Of a DNA stretch of 64,000 nucleotides, positions 30,263 through 40,440 are shown in pieces. A program made the position numbers and the translations under genes. Origin of the DNA: Bacteroidales bacterium (lineage in GTDB: Bacteria > Bacteroidota > Bacteroidia > Bacteroidales > UBA12077); contig JANQHR010000126.1 of assembly GCA_028282585.1 (NCBI GenBank), forward strand, positions 1-64,000, written 5' to 3'. Under the pieces are notes generated by a model. It saw only the letters and a program-made list of their open reading frames with translations, searched no databases and had not been told where the DNA came from. The number at the start of each line of letters is the position of its first letter. The first letter of the stretch is position 1.

Positions 30263-31141
30263 ATGAGCAAAAAAGAAGCAAATATTACCAAACGAAGATT
30301 ACGTAGTTCATATGTAACTTCAATTATAAGTATATCATTAGTCTTATTTTTATTAGGATTATTGGGGATATTGGTATTGAATGCAAAACGTTTATCAGAT
30401 TATGTAAAAGAAAACATTGGTTTTTCCGTTATTCTGAAAGAAAATGTAAAAGAGGTTGATGTGATTTTATTACAGAAGAGTTTAGATGCTTCAGAATATG
30501 TGAAGTCAACTAAATATATTACTAAGGAAGCAGCAGCAGAAGGGTTACAAAAGGAATTAGGAGAAGATTTTATTGAGTTTTTGGGGTTTAATCCTTTATT
30601 AGCTTCAATTGAGGTAAACTTATATGCTAATTACGCTAATCAGGACAGTATTGATTTAATTGAAAAAGACTTACAGCAATATGAACAAATTAAAGAAGTT
30701 TTTTACCAAAAATCTTTGGTTAGCCTGGTTAACGAAAATATTAAAAAAATTAGCTTGATTATTCTTGTTTTTAGTGGATTATTGTTATTAGTTGCGATAA
30801 CATTAATTAATAGTACAATAAGGCTTTCTGTTTATTCAAAACGATTTATCATTAATACTATGCAATTAGTAGGAGCAACAAGGGGCTTTATACGTAGGCC
30901 ATTTTTATATCGTAGTGCTGGTAATGGAATATTTGCAGCTTTTTTGGCGGGTGGATTATTAGCAGGGGTATTGTATGCAGCACAGCAGGAATTTAGGGAT
31001 ATTATTAGTTTTCAGGATATCGAAATAGTTGGAATCCTTTTTTTATGTGTATTGGTTTTTGGAATCTTAATTAATTGGATATCTACATTTTTTGCAGTTT
31101 CCAAGTATTTAAGAATGAAAGTAGATAAATTATATTATTAA
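30263..31141 (+). CDS. ftsX: Cell division permease-like protein FtsX
   Basis: Four TM layout; TIRLSVYSKRFIINTMQLVGAT...FIRRPF. Confidence 0.93.
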   Translation: MSKKEANITKRRLRSSYVTSIISISLVLFLLGLLGILVLNAKRLSDYVKENIGFSVILKENVKEVDVILLQKSLDASEYVKSTKYITKEAAAEGLQKELGEDFIEFLGFNPLLASIEVNLYANYANQDSIDLIEKDLQQYEQIKEVFYQKSLVSLVNENIKKISLIILVFSGLLLLVAITLINSTIRLSVYSKRFIINTMQLVGATRGFIRRPFLYRSAGNGIFAAFLAGGLLAGVLYAAQQEFRDIISFQDIEIVGILFLCVLVFGILINWISTFFAVSKYLRMKVDKLYY

Positions 31142-31158
31142 ATTAAAATATTGTTCAG

Positions 31159-31422
31159 ATGTCAAAGAAAAATAAACCAGAAGAAAAGAAGGTAGAATTT
31201 GCTCTTGGTAAAGAAAATTACAGGCTTTTAATTATTGGTTTTGCTATAATTGTTTTTGGCTTTCTTCTTATGATTGGGGGTAAAGCAGAAAGTCCGGATG
31301 AATTTAATGAAGCTATTTTTAGCTTTAGGCGTATTACACTTGCTCCTATTATTGTTCTTTTCGGGTTTATTTTTGAGATATACGCCATAATGAAAAAACC
31401 TAAAGAAACCGAAGAAAAATAA
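31159..31422 (+). CDS. DUF3098-type small membrane protein
   Basis: GKENY..., FSFRRITLAP; usual position between ftsX and uppP in Bacteroidota. Confidence 0.85.
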   Translation: MSKKNKPEEKKVEFALGKENYRLLIIGFAIIVFGFLLMIGGKAESPDEFNEAIFSFRRITLAPIIVLFGFIFEIYAIMKKPKETEEK

Positions 31423-31437
31423 CATTAATAGCAAATT

Positions 31438-32223
31438 ATGGATTGGATTGAAGCTTTAATTCTTGGAATAATTCAAGGATTAACAGAGTTTTTGCCTGTT
31501 AGTAGTAGTGGACATTTAGAACTGGGCAAACATATATTAGGTGTAGAATATTCTGAAAATCTTACTTTTACAGTCGTAGTGCATGGGGCAACCGTATTGA
31601 GTACCATTATCATATTTTGGAAAACCATTGTTGAATTAATAAGAGACGTATTCAAGTTTAAATGGAATGAATCAACTCAATATATTACCAAAATTATTAT
31701 TTCTATGATCCCCGTTGTAATTGTTGGCCTCTTATTTAAGGATCAAGTTGAAGGATTATTTACCGGAAATATTTTATTGGTTGGTTGTATGTTAATTGTA
31801 ACGGCAGGTTTGCTTGCTTTCACATATTACTCAAAAGAACGACAAAGCAATATATCATTCAAAAGTGCTTTCCTTATTGGAATTGCGCAAGCTCTGGCTG
31901 TAATGCCGGGAATATCTAGGTCAGGGGCAACAATAGCAACCGGATTATATCTTGGTAATAAGAAGGAGTTTATAGCCAAATTTTCTTTTTTGATGGTTTT
32001 ATTACCAATTATAGCGGCAAATGTAAAAGATTTGATGGATTTTGATTTTTCAGCTCAAAATTCAGTTTCGCTTACACCGTTAGTTATTGGTTTTTTCGCA
32101 GCATTTTTATCCGGCTTATTAGCTTGTAGCTGGATGTTAAAAATAGTAAAGAGAGGCAAGTTAATTTACTTCGCAATATATTGTTTTATTGTTGGTTCAA
32201 TAGCAATTATTGCTTCATTTTAA
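31438..32223 (+). CDS. uppP: Undecaprenyl-diphosphate phosphatase
   Basis: QGLTEFLPVSSSGH, PGISRSGAT. Confidence 0.96.
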   Translation: MDWIEALILGIIQGLTEFLPVSSSGHLELGKHILGVEYSENLTFTVVVHGATVLSTIIIFWKTIVELIRDVFKFKWNESTQYITKIIISMIPVVIVGLLFKDQVEGLFTGNILLVGCMLIVTAGLLAFTYYSKERQSNISFKSAFLIGIAQALAVMPGISRSGATIATGLYLGNKKEFIAKFSFLMVLLPIIAANVKDLMDFDFSAQNSVSLTPLVIGFFAAFLSGLLACSWMLKIVKRGKLIYFAIYCFIVGSIAIIASF

Positions 32224-32228
32224 AGGAT

Positions 32229-32957
32229 ATGTCAAAATTGGAAGTAAATAGCGTTGAGGATTTTCAGGAGGGGGTTGTTATTCCAATTAACAAACCATAT
32301 GAATGGACATCTTTTGATGTTGTTAAAAAAGTTAAAAACCAAATTGGCAAGAAACTTCGTCAAACATTAAATATTAGATTAAAGAATTTTAAAGTTGGTC
32401 ATGCAGGTACACTTGATCCTTTAGCTGAGGGCCTGGTTTTGGTATGCACTGGAAAGGCTACAAAAAAAATCAATGATTTAATGGCTGATGAAAAGGAGTA
32501 TATAGCAACGATAGAGGTAGGAAGAACTACTCCGTCCTATGACCTGGAAACTGAATATGATAAGTCCTTTTCAACAGAACATATTAATGAAGAATTAGTA
32601 AAAGAAGTGCTAAAATCTTTTATTGGTGAACAAGATCAGATTCCACCTGTTTACTCAGCTAAGAATGTTAATGGAAAAAGAGCATATGATTATGCTCGAC
32701 AAGGAGAAGAAATTGAATTAAAAGCGAACAAAATCAACATTTATGAGTTAGAATTATTGGAGTATAAGTTTCCAATAATTAGGATTAAGATTGTTTGTAG
32801 TAAGGGCACGTATATTCGCTCTTTGGCATACGATATAGGTAAAAAATTAAAAAGCGGAGCACATTTAGTTAGGTTAGTTAGAACAAGAATAGGAAGTTAT
32901 AAGTTACATTCTTCGTTAACAATAAAAGAATTAGAAAAATTTTTAGCAATTTTGTAA
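32229..32957 (+). CDS. truB: tRNA pseudouridine(55) synthase
   Basis: KVGHAGTLDPLA, PPVYSAK, CSKGTYIRSL; start refined to ATG 32229. Confidence 0.96.
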   Translation: MSKLEVNSVEDFQEGVVIPINKPYEWTSFDVVKKVKNQIGKKLRQTLNIRLKNFKVGHAGTLDPLAEGLVLVCTGKATKKINDLMADEKEYIATIEVGRTTPSYDLETEYDKSFSTEHINEELVKEVLKSFIGEQDQIPPVYSAKNVNGKRAYDYARQGEEIELKANKINIYELELLEYKFPIIRIKIVCSKGTYIRSLAYDIGKKLKSGAHLVRLVRTRIGSYKLHSSLTIKELEKFLAIL

Positions 32958-32980
32958 CTTTTTAAATATTGCCACGTATA
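32955..32980 (+). promoter_or_regulatory. Putative ECF-sigma promoter upstream of queA
   Basis: TAAC-N16-CGTATA. Confidence 0.4.
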
Positions 32981-33021
32981 AGCAGGTCATTTAAGTATAA
33001 TCATATAAATAGTTTGAATTA

Positions 33022-34071
33022 ATGAAGTTATCTCAGTTTAAGTTTAATCTCCAAAAAGAACTAATTGCCAAATTTCCAGCTGAAAGTAGAGACGAATCAA
33101 GATTGTTGGTCGTACATAAAGAATCAGGAAAACTAGAACATAAAGTTTTTAAGGACATCGTAGATTATGTTGATGATCAGGATGTAATGGTTTTTAATAA
33201 CACTAAGGTTTTTCCTGCACGTTTGTATGGAAATAAGGAAAAAACTGGCGCTAAAATTGAGGTTTTTCTTTTGAGAGAATTAAACCGTGAACAAAGATTA
33301 TGGGATGTTTTGGTTGATCCGGCTCGTAAAATAAGAATTGGAAATAAGCTTTATTTTGGTGAAGATGACTCTTTGGTAGCTGAAGTTATTGATAACACAA
33401 CTTCAAGAGGTAGAACTTTAAGGTTTTTATTCGATGGATCATATGAGGAATTTAAAAGGACGCTTTATGATTTAGGAGAAACTCCTCTACCAAAATTCAT
33501 TAATAGAGATGTTGAACCGGAAGATCGTGAACGATACCAGACAATTTATGCTAAGCACGAAGGTGCTGTTGCCGCTCCAACGGCAGGGATGCACTTTAGT
33601 CGTGAGTTAATGAAAAGATTAGAAATTAAGGGTGTTGATTTTGCAGAAATAACATTACATGTAGGTTTAGGAAATTTCAGAACCGTTGATGTTGAGGATT
33701 TAACAAAACATAAAATGGATTCTGAAAAGATTATCATTACTGATGAGGCAGTTAATAAGGTAAACGAGGCAAAAGATAAAAAGAAGAATGTTATTGCTGT
33801 AGGAACAACTGTTTTAAGAACTCTGGAATCATCAGTTTCAACAACCGGACATTTAAAGCCTTACGATGGATGGACTAATAAATTTATATTCCCTCCTTAC
33901 GAGGTTCAGGTTCCTAATATGATGGTGTCAAATTTCCATCTGCCGTATTCGACATTATTAATGATGGTATGTGCTTTTGGAGGTTATGATGCAGTAATTA
34001 ATGCTTATAAAACTGCCATAAAAGAAGAATATCGGTTTGGAACTTATGGCGATGCAATGTTGATTTTATAA
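33022..34071 (+). CDS. queA: SAM:tRNA ribosyltransferase-isomerase
   Basis: [44 protein letters not shown]. Confidence 0.97.
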   Translation: MKLSQFKFNLQKELIAKFPAESRDESRLLVVHKESGKLEHKVFKDIVDYVDDQDVMVFNNTKVFPARLYGNKEKTGAKIEVFLLRELNREQRLWDVLVDPARKIRIGNKLYFGEDDSLVAEVIDNTTSRGRTLRFLFDGSYEEFKRTLYDLGETPLPKFINRDVEPEDRERYQTIYAKHEGAVAAPTAGMHFSRELMKRLEIKGVDFAEITLHVGLGNFRTVDVEDLTKHKMDSEKIIITDEAVNKVNEAKDKKKNVIAVGTTVLRTLESSVSTTGHLKPYDGWTNKFIFPPYEVQVPNMMVSNFHLPYSTLLMMVCAFGGYDAVINAYKTAIKEEYRFGTYGDAMLIL

Positions 34072-34098
34072 CGATAATATTATAAATAATAAAGCTAG

Positions 34099-34137
34099 AA
34101 AGGTTAGTTTCCGGTAGTAATCGGGCTAACCTTTTTT
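34099..34137 (+). terminator. Terminator between convergent queA and udg
   Basis: aaaggttag / ctaaccttt stem followed by Ts. Confidence 0.6.
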
Positions 34138-34139
34138 AA

Positions 34140-34724
34140 TTAGCAGTGAGCCGAATAATGATTCTCATTTATTAGTTCGCGATATTTTGAAACTACTTTT
34201 TTAAAATCCTCCCAGGCAGGACGCTTTAATTTTTCATTTCGAAGTAATGCAGATGGATGAAAAGTAGGCATAATAAGTCTTCCATTCCATTCCATCCACT
34301 CTCCACGAACTTTAGTAATTTTGGCATTAGGATCTATCAATCCCTTAAGAGCCGTTGCGCCCAAAAGAATTATAATTTTTGGGTCAATTAGTTCAATTTG
34401 TTTATATAAATATGGAATACAAGTTTCTCTTTCTTCTGGCAGAGGGTCACGGTTATTTGGTGGGCGGCATTTAACAATATTTCCAATAAAAACATGCTCT
34501 TTTCTATTAAAACCACAAACATCTAGTATTTTATCTAATAATTGACCGGATTTTCCAACAAAAGGACGTCCTTGCTGATCTTCATAATAACCGGGTCCTT
34601 CTCCGATACACATGATTTCTGCATGTCGAAATCCTTCACCAAAAACTACATTTGTTCTTGTTTTACTTAAAATGCATTGAGTGCATTGATTAGCTTCTTG
34701 TTTGAGTTGTTCGAAATCGTCCAT
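34140..34724 (-). CDS. Uracil-DNA glycosylase family 4
   Basis: CxxC, GEGPG..ED..GRPFVG, KCRPP.NR, FHPS. Confidence 0.94.
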   Translation of the reverse strand: MDDFEQLKQEANQCTQCILSKTRTNVVFGEGFRHAEIMCIGEGPGYYEDQQGRPFVGKSGQLLDKILDVCGFNRKEHVFIGNIVKCRPPNNRDPLPEERETCIPYLYKQIELIDPKIIILLGATALKGLIDPNAKITKVRGEWMEWNGRLIMPTFHPSALLRNEKLKRPAWEDFKKVVSKYRELINENHYSAHC

Positions 34725-34734
34725 AGGAAAGAAT

Positions 34735-35679
34735 TTAATTCATTACATTTTGAGGATTTCCATCAAGCCATTTATGAATATTTGCTACAACAATCTTTCC
34801 TCTTAATTCAATAGCTTCTTTTGTCGCATAACCAATATGCGGAAGTAAAATAACATTTGGAGCCTGGAATAAAGGATTATTTTCATCCAAAGGAGGCTCT
34901 TTTTCATAGACATCAAGTGCAGCTCCTGCAATTTTATTGGCTTCTAGTGCATTAATTAATGCAACATTGTCAACGATAGGTCCACGAGCAGTATTAATGA
35001 ATACTGAAGATGGTTTAACTAATTGTAATTTTTCTTTGTTAATTAGTTTTTTAGTATCATTAGTTAATGGAATATGCACTGAAATGATATCACTATTTTT
35101 TAAAAGATAATTTAAACTGGAAAACTCAACATTGGGAATGCTTTTAGAGCTTCTATTATATGCTAAAACTTTACATCCAAATGCATTAGCCAAACGAGCA
35201 ACTTCCATTCCAATTTGACCTGCTCCTATAATTCCAAAAGTCTTTCCATATAATTCTGACCCCAAAAATCCTGCTCTAGTTGAATATTTTCTGGTTTGAT
35301 TATCACTCCATATTATTTTTCTGTAAAGGCTTATTGCAGCTCCAATGGTTAATTCAGCTACTGCGTGATTTGAATACCCTGCAGCGTTAGATACAATTAT
35401 ATTCTTTTCACGGCATAAATTCATAGGGATGTGATCAACTCCTGCAAATGCTACCGAAATCATTTTTAAATTAGCACAATGGTTAATTACATTATCTGAA
35501 ATTGCGAGATTGCTTAAAATTATTATGTCTGAATTTTTGATTCTACTAATGATTTCTTCATCGTTTTTCGGTTTGTCATCATAAACGGCCAATCTATGAT
35601 TTAAAGCTTTAAAATCTGCTTTTATTTTTATTATTTCCTCAGGTTTATATCCAATAGGTTCAACTAATGTAATTTTCAT
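34735..35679 (-). CDS. D-isomer-specific 2-hydroxyacid dehydrogenase
   Basis: GIIGAGQIG, INTARG, LDVYEKEP, PHIG. Confidence 0.92.
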   Translation of the reverse strand: MKITLVEPIGYKPEEIIKIKADFKALNHRLAVYDDKPKNDEEIISRIKNSDIIILSNLAISDNVINHCANLKMISVAFAGVDHIPMNLCREKNIIVSNAAGYSNHAVAELTIGAAISLYRKIIWSDNQTRKYSTRAGFLGSELYGKTFGIIGAGQIGMEVARLANAFGCKVLAYNRSSKSIPNVEFSSLNYLLKNSDIISVHIPLTNDTKKLINKEKLQLVKPSSVFINTARGPIVDNVALINALEANKIAGAALDVYEKEPPLDENNPLFQAPNVILLPHIGYATKEAIELRGKIVVANIHKWLDGNPQNVMN

Positions 35680-35709
35680 TTAAACTATTTTTCCGATAAA
35701 ATTAAAAAT

Positions 35710-35738
35710 AAAAAAGGGAGTTCAAAAATGAACTCCCC
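35710..35738 (-). terminator. Rho-independent terminator after tsf
   Basis: Minus strand gggagttca-tttt-tgaactccc-tttttt. Confidence 0.85.
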
Positions 35739-35760
35739 AAATAAATATTGTAAAAATAAA

Positions 35761-36585
35761 TTATTGCTTGATAGAAAATCTTTTAAATTCAGTAACAGTT
35801 AAATCACCATTTGTTTGTTTCAGATACTGCTCAACAGACATTTTATTATCCTTAATAAAAGCTTGGCTTAATAAAGTATTTTCTTTAAAGAATTTACCTA
35901 ATTTACCCTGAGCAATTTTATCAACTAAATTTTCAGGTTTTCCTTCTGCTAATGCTTGATTTTTCCCTATTTCAAGTTCTTTGTCAATAGTTTCTTGAGG
36001 AACCTGATCTTTATTAACAGCTACCGGATCCATTGCAGCAACTTGCATTGCAACATCTTTACCAATTTGTTCTTCAATACCTGATTTATTTAAACCAACG
36101 AGTGTGGCCAATTTTTTATCGCTATGAATGTAAGCGGCTACCTGACCGGCCTCAACTTTATCATAATATTTTAGATCCAATTTTTCACCTATAACACCTG
36201 TTTGCTCTACAATCTTATCAGAGATTTTCATTCCATCAACCTCAAGATTATTTAAAGCTTCTAAATCTGCAGGTGAATTTTCTAATGCCTGATTTAAGAT
36301 TTTTTCGGCTAAAGCAACAAAATCTTCATTTTTAGCAACAAAATCAGTTTCGCAATTTAAAGAAATCATTGCGCCTTTGCTTCCGCTTGTTTTAGCTAAA
36401 ACAACGCCTTCACTTGCTTCTCTGTCAGAACGCTTATTTGCAACAGCCTGACCTTTTTCACGAATGATTTGTTGTGCTTTATCAAAATCACCTTCAGCTT
36501 CAACCAGAGCCTTTTTGCAATCCATCATGCCGGCACCAGTCATTTTTCTTAATTTGTTTACATCAGATGCAGTAATTTGAGCCAT
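35761..36585 (-). CDS. tsf: Elongation factor Ts
   Basis: LRKMTGAGMMDCKKAL, NCETDFVA. Confidence 0.98.
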   Translation of the reverse strand: MAQITASDVNKLRKMTGAGMMDCKKALVEAEGDFDKAQQIIREKGQAVANKRSDREASEGVVLAKTSGSKGAMISLNCETDFVAKNEDFVALAEKILNQALENSPADLEALNNLEVDGMKISDKIVEQTGVIGEKLDLKYYDKVEAGQVAAYIHSDKKLATLVGLNKSGIEEQIGKDVAMQVAAMDPVAVNKDQVPQETIDKELEIGKNQALAEGKPENLVDKIAQGKLGKFFKENTLLSQAFIKDNKMSVEQYLKQTNGDLTVTEFKRFSIKQ

Positions 36586-36601
36586 TTTTTTAATTTTTTA
36601 C

Positions 36602-36644
36602 GGCCTGCCTGTCAACTACCTTTTGGCAGACAGGGCAGACAAGG
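36602..36644. repeat. Short GC-rich repeat element between rpsB and tsf
   Basis: ggcctgcctgtcaactaccttttggcagacagggcagac, related to 2017-2057. Confidence 0.55.
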
Positions 36645-36655
36645 TTTGAATTTTA

Positions 36656-37552
36656 TTATTCTTGAGTTTCTTCGTTTTGAGCTTCAGCTGGTTCTTCTTT
36701 TACTTCTACATTGTCTTCAACTGGAGCATCCACGCCTGCCGGCTGGGCAGACTCTTTTCTTGCGCTGGTTTTTTTAGCATCGTTCCCGCCTTCTGACTGG
36801 GCAGGTTTAGCTTTTTTTGGACCTTTTTTAGCGTCCTTTGCCGGACCTTCTTTTTCCTTCTCCATCTTTCTTTCTTCTAAACCTTCTTGAATAGCTGCTG
36901 TAATCTTATCTAAAATTAATGAAATGGATTTTGAAGCATCATCATTAGCAGGAATTGGGAAATCAACAGGAGTTGGATCTGAGTTTGTATCTACAATCGC
37001 AAACAGAGGAATATTTAATCTTTTTGCTTCTCTTACTGCAATATGTTCTTTTGAAACGTCAACAATGAACATAGCTGCTGGAAGTCTTGTCATATCAGCA
37101 ATACTTCCTAACATTTTTTCTAATTTAGCTCTTTGACGTGTAATTTGTAATTTTTCTCTTTTTGCAAGATTGTTAAAAGTACCATCTTTTTCCATTTTAT
37201 CAATAGAAGCCATTTTCTTAACAGCTCTTCGTATGGTCGGGAAGTTAGTTAACATACCGCCTGGCCAACGTTCTGTTACATATGGCATTTGAGTACCTTT
37301 AACTTTTTCTGCAACTATATCTTTTGCTTGTTTTTTAGTAGCAACAAATAAAACCTTACGTCCAGATTTTGCAATTTGTTTTAATGCATTACAAGCTTCT
37401 TCTAATTTTGCTTCGGTTTTCTGTAAATCAATGATGTGAATTCCGTTGCGCTCCATAAAAATATAAGGAGCCATAGCAGGATTCCACTTTCTTTTCAAGT
37501 GTCCGAAATGAACACCTGCTTCTAACAATTCATTAAAGTTTGTTCTTGACAT
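36656..37552 (-). CDS. rpsB: 30S ribosomal protein S2 with extended C-terminal tail
   Basis: AGVHFGH, RWPGGMLTN, VDTNSDP, IPANDD. Confidence 0.98.
   Translation of the reverse strand: MSRTNFNELLEAGVHFGHLKRKWNPAMAPYIFMERNGIHIIDLQKTEAKLEEACNALKQIAKSGRKVLFVATKKQAKDIVAEKVKGTQMPYVTERWPGGMLTNFPTIRRAVKKMASIDKMEKDGTFNNLAKREKLQITRQRAKLEKMLGSIADMTRLPAAMFIVDVSKEHIAVREAKRLNIPLFAIVDTNSDPTPVDFPIPANDDASKSISLILDKITAAIQEGLEERKMEKEKEGPAKDAKKGPKKAKPAQSEGGNDAKKTSARKESAQPAGVDAPVEDNVEVKEEPAEAQNEETQE
36731..36805 (-). repeat. Two related GC-rich 21-nt in-frame elements in the rpsB tail
   Basis: tctgcccagccggcaggcgtg (36731-36751) and cctgcccagtcagaaggcggg (36785-36805), 16/21 identical, both codon-aligned. Confidence 0.55.
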
Positions 37553-37568
37553 TTAACTAATTTTTTAA

Positions 37569-37644
37569 CGTTTACATTCTTTTTTAACAGTCAATTGCTG
37601 AGTAGCTCCATGCAGGACGTCTCAACAATTTAGATACTAAACGG
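37569..37644 (-). promoter_or_regulatory. Structured rpsB leader (candidate S2 autoregulatory RNA)
   Basis: Nested pairings cgttta/taaacg and aattgttgag/ctcagcaatt on the minus strand, just upstream of rpsB. Confidence 0.5.
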
Positions 37645-37668
37645 AATATTATCCAACAGAATAAAATT

Positions 37669-38055
37669 CTATCGTTTACTAAATTGAAACTTCTTGCGCG
37701 CTTTTGGTTGACCGGGTTTTTTACGTTCTACAGTTCTAGGATCACGAGTTAAGAATCCAGCTTTTTTCAAAGCATCCCTGTGTTCAGGATTTACTTCGAT
37801 CAATGCTCTTGAAATTCCTAATCTTACGGCTTCAGCTTGTCCTTTAATTCCACCACCAAAGATGTTAATTTTAAGGTCAAATTTACCTTCTGCTTCAACT
37901 AACTCTAATGGTTGTTTTACCACATACTGAAGTGGTTTTGTAGGGAAAAAATCTTCTAACTCTCTTCCATTAATTGAGATCTTTCCTTTTCCTTCACTTA
38001 AATAAACCCTTGCAACAGCAGCTTTTCTTCTTCCTAAAGTATTTATTACTTCCAT
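37669..38055 (-). CDS. rpsI: 30S ribosomal protein S9
   Basis: [24 protein letters not shown]...QFSKR. Confidence 0.98.
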   Translation of the reverse strand: MEVINTLGRRKAAVARVYLSEGKGKISINGRELEDFFPTKPLQYVVKQPLELVEAEGKFDLKINIFGGGIKGQAEAVRLGISRALIEVNPEHRDALKKAGFLTRDPRTVERKKPGQPKARKKFQFSKR

Positions 38056-38060
38056 TTTAA

Positions 38061-38516
38061 TTATTTAATTGAGTTTAAATCTACTTTTTTTGGTTTCTGT
38101 GCTTCATGAGCATGCTCGTTGCCTTCATAAACATAAAGGTTTCTAAATAATTCTCTTCCAAGACGATTCTTTGGTAGCATTCCTTTAATAGACTTTTCAA
38201 CAACTTCGGTAGGCTTTGTCGCTAACAATTTTTCCGGAGTAGTAACTCTTTGTCCTCCTGGATAACCTGTATGACGTACATATTGTTTGTCAGTCATTTT
38301 GTTACCTGTTAATTGAATTTGGCTTGCATTGATAACAATTACATTATCACCACAGTCAACATGAGGAGTAAAAGAAGGTTTATTTTTCCCTCTTAAAATC
38401 ATTGCAACTTTAGAAGCTAACCGGCCTAAAGTTTCGTCTTTCGCGTCAACAAGAATCCATTCTTTTTGAACAGTTTCCTTGTTTGCTGATACTGTTTTGT
38501 AACTTAATGTATCCAC
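38061..38516 (-). CDS. rplM: 50S ribosomal protein L13 (GTG start)
   Basis: [33 protein letters not shown]. Confidence 0.98.
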   Translation of the reverse strand: MDTLSYKTVSANKETVQKEWILVDAKDETLGRLASKVAMILRGKNKPSFTPHVDCGDNVIVINASQIQLTGNKMTDKQYVRHTGYPGGQRVTTPEKLLATKPTEVVEKSIKGMLPKNRLGRELFRNLYVYEGNEHAHEAQKPKKVDLNSIK

Positions 38517-38580
38517 TTTAAAACTCCTAACTTTTTAATTAATACCTTAATACATTACTTTTCCTGTATTTTGCGGATTG

Positions 38581-38588
38581 CAAAAATA
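38581..38588 (-). promoter_or_regulatory. -7 element of the rplM operon (second candidate at 38695-38702)
   Basis: TATTTTTG and TATATTTG on the minus strand. Confidence 0.55.
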
Positions 38589-38832
38589 CAATTATTTTTT
38601 ATAAATCAAGAAAATTAGTTATAAATAATTTGCTAATATCCTGACCTATAAATAATGATTAATGGTAATCGTAAAACACCGTAATTTTGAGCGGCAAATA
38701 TAGTTAATTTTTGAATTGATAAGCCATTAAAATAAGATTTTCAGTTAAATAAACACATTTTTTAACATTAAAATTTGTTTTTTATATTCTTACATTACTT
38801 TAATTATCTTTGACATTATAGATTTATGCATA

Positions 38833-40440
38833 ATGAGGAAAATATTTAATATTACTTTTAATCATAGTAAGCTATATTTTTTCGGACTAATTTTAACTGT
38901 TTTAAGTTTACCTCTTTCAAAATTTGCAGTGAGCGTTTCAATAATATTTTTGGTGTGTAATTGGATACTCGAACTAGATTTTAAGAGAAAATGGCATGAA
39001 TTAAAAACAAATAAATCAATTCTAATATTTATAGGATTTTTTTTTGTTCACCTATTATGGTTAATAAATACAGAAGATTTCCAATATGGTTTTAAAGACT
39101 TATCTAATAAAGCGAAATTTTTAGTATTCCCAATTATAATAGGAACAAGCAGAAAACTTTCATTTGATCAAATCAAAACAATACTTATTTGGTTTGCTCT
39201 AGCTTTATTATCATCAACAATAATTAGCACTTTGATATTAACTCAGGCTATTGATTATCCTGTTGAAAATATTAGAGACATTTCTCCCTTTATATCACAT
39301 ATTCGACTGAGCTTATTAATTAATGTTTCAATATTTTCATTAGGTTACATTATTGCTTCCAAAAAATTTAAAATAACAAAATTTGAGTTTTTTGCTTATT
39401 TAACTGTGATATTATGGTTTACATTATTCCTTTACTTATTAAGATCTTTAACTGGAATTGTAATATTCATAATCCTTCTTTTTTTTGTTTTAACTGTTCT
39501 TTCAGTTAAAATTAAGGTGTTAGTTCCAAGGCTGTTTTTACAGGTTTTTCTCATAGTTATATTTTTACTATTAGCATCAATTCTTGCTCATTCAATTTCA
39601 AAATTTTATTCAAAAGAATTTGTTGACTTTCAGAATCTCGAGGAATTTACTTTAAACGGGAATCCTTATAAACACTTTTTGAAGAGAGATCAAATAGAAA
39701 ATGGGAATTATTTATGGTTATACATTAGCGAGAAAGAACTCGAAAAAGAATGGAATGAGGTTAGCAAGATTGCATATTTAGATGAAGATAAAAAAGGACA
39801 AAAAATACAGTACACGTTATTAAGATATTTAACCTCAAAAGGATACAGGAAAGATTCAGTAGGGATCTCCAAACTTTCATTTCAAGATATCAGAAATATC
39901 GAAAATGGAATGGCAAACTATATTTATGAAAAAAAATATGCTCTTTATCCGATAATTTATGATATCATCTGGCAAATTGATGTATATAGGAAAGGTCTGA
40001 ATCCCGCTGGAAACTCTGTTACTTTGAGAATTGAACTTGCTAAAAACGGAATTGATATAATAAGAAATAACTTTTGGTTTGGAGTAGGAACAGGCGATGT
40101 GAAACAAACTATCAACGATCAGTTTGAAATAAATAACAGTAAATTACCTCAAAAATATAGATTGCGAGCGCATAATTTATATATTACTTTTTTTTTAACA
40201 TTCGGTTTAATTGGATCAATTTTAATTTGGTTTTGTATTTTTTATCCTGTTTTTAAATTAAAAGGATTCAGAAGATTTTTATTTACGATATTTTTTATAA
40301 TAGCTTTATTATCATTTGTTAATGAGGACACATTAGAAACACATATTGGAATAACATTTTTTTCTTATTTTTATTCGCTTTTTCTATTTGGAACAAATTT
40401 TAACAATAAAAACGAAGTGGAGTATGAGCAAGAATCATGA
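38833..40440 (+). CDS. O-antigen ligase (WaaL)-like membrane protein with a large soluble loop
   Basis: Multiple TMs; R...W/F.GVGTGD and AHNLY motifs of the Wzy_C/WaaL region. Confidence 0.78.
   Translation: MRKIFNITFNHSKLYFFGLILTVLSLPLSKFAVSVSIIFLVCNWILELDFKRKWHELKTNKSILIFIGFFFVHLLWLINTEDFQYGFKDLSNKAKFLVFPIIIGTSRKLSFDQIKTILIWFALALLSSTIISTLILTQAIDYPVENIRDISPFISHIRLSLLINVSIFSLGYIIASKKFKITKFEFFAYLTVILWFTLFLYLLRSLTGIVIFIILLFFVLTVLSVKIKVLVPRLFLQVFLIVIFLLLASILAHSISKFYSKEFVDFQNLEEFTLNGNPYKHFLKRDQIENGNYLWLYISEKELEKEWNEVSKIAYLDEDKKGQKIQYTLLRYLTSKGYRKDSVGISKLSFQDIRNIENGMANYIYEKKYALYPIIYDIIWQIDVYRKGLNPAGNSVTLRIELAKNGIDIIRNNFWFGVGTGDVKQTINDQFEINNSKLPQKYRLRAHNLYITFFLTFGLIGSILIWFCIFYPVFKLKGFRRFLFTIFFIIALLSFVNEDTLETHIGITFFSYFYSLFLFGTNFNNKNEVEYEQES

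Noticed and set aside
36577-36777. 66-aa plus-strand ORF containing RPACQLPFGRQGRQG
   Set aside because: Antisense to rpsB/tsf; kept open by the GC-rich repeats, with no evidence of coding
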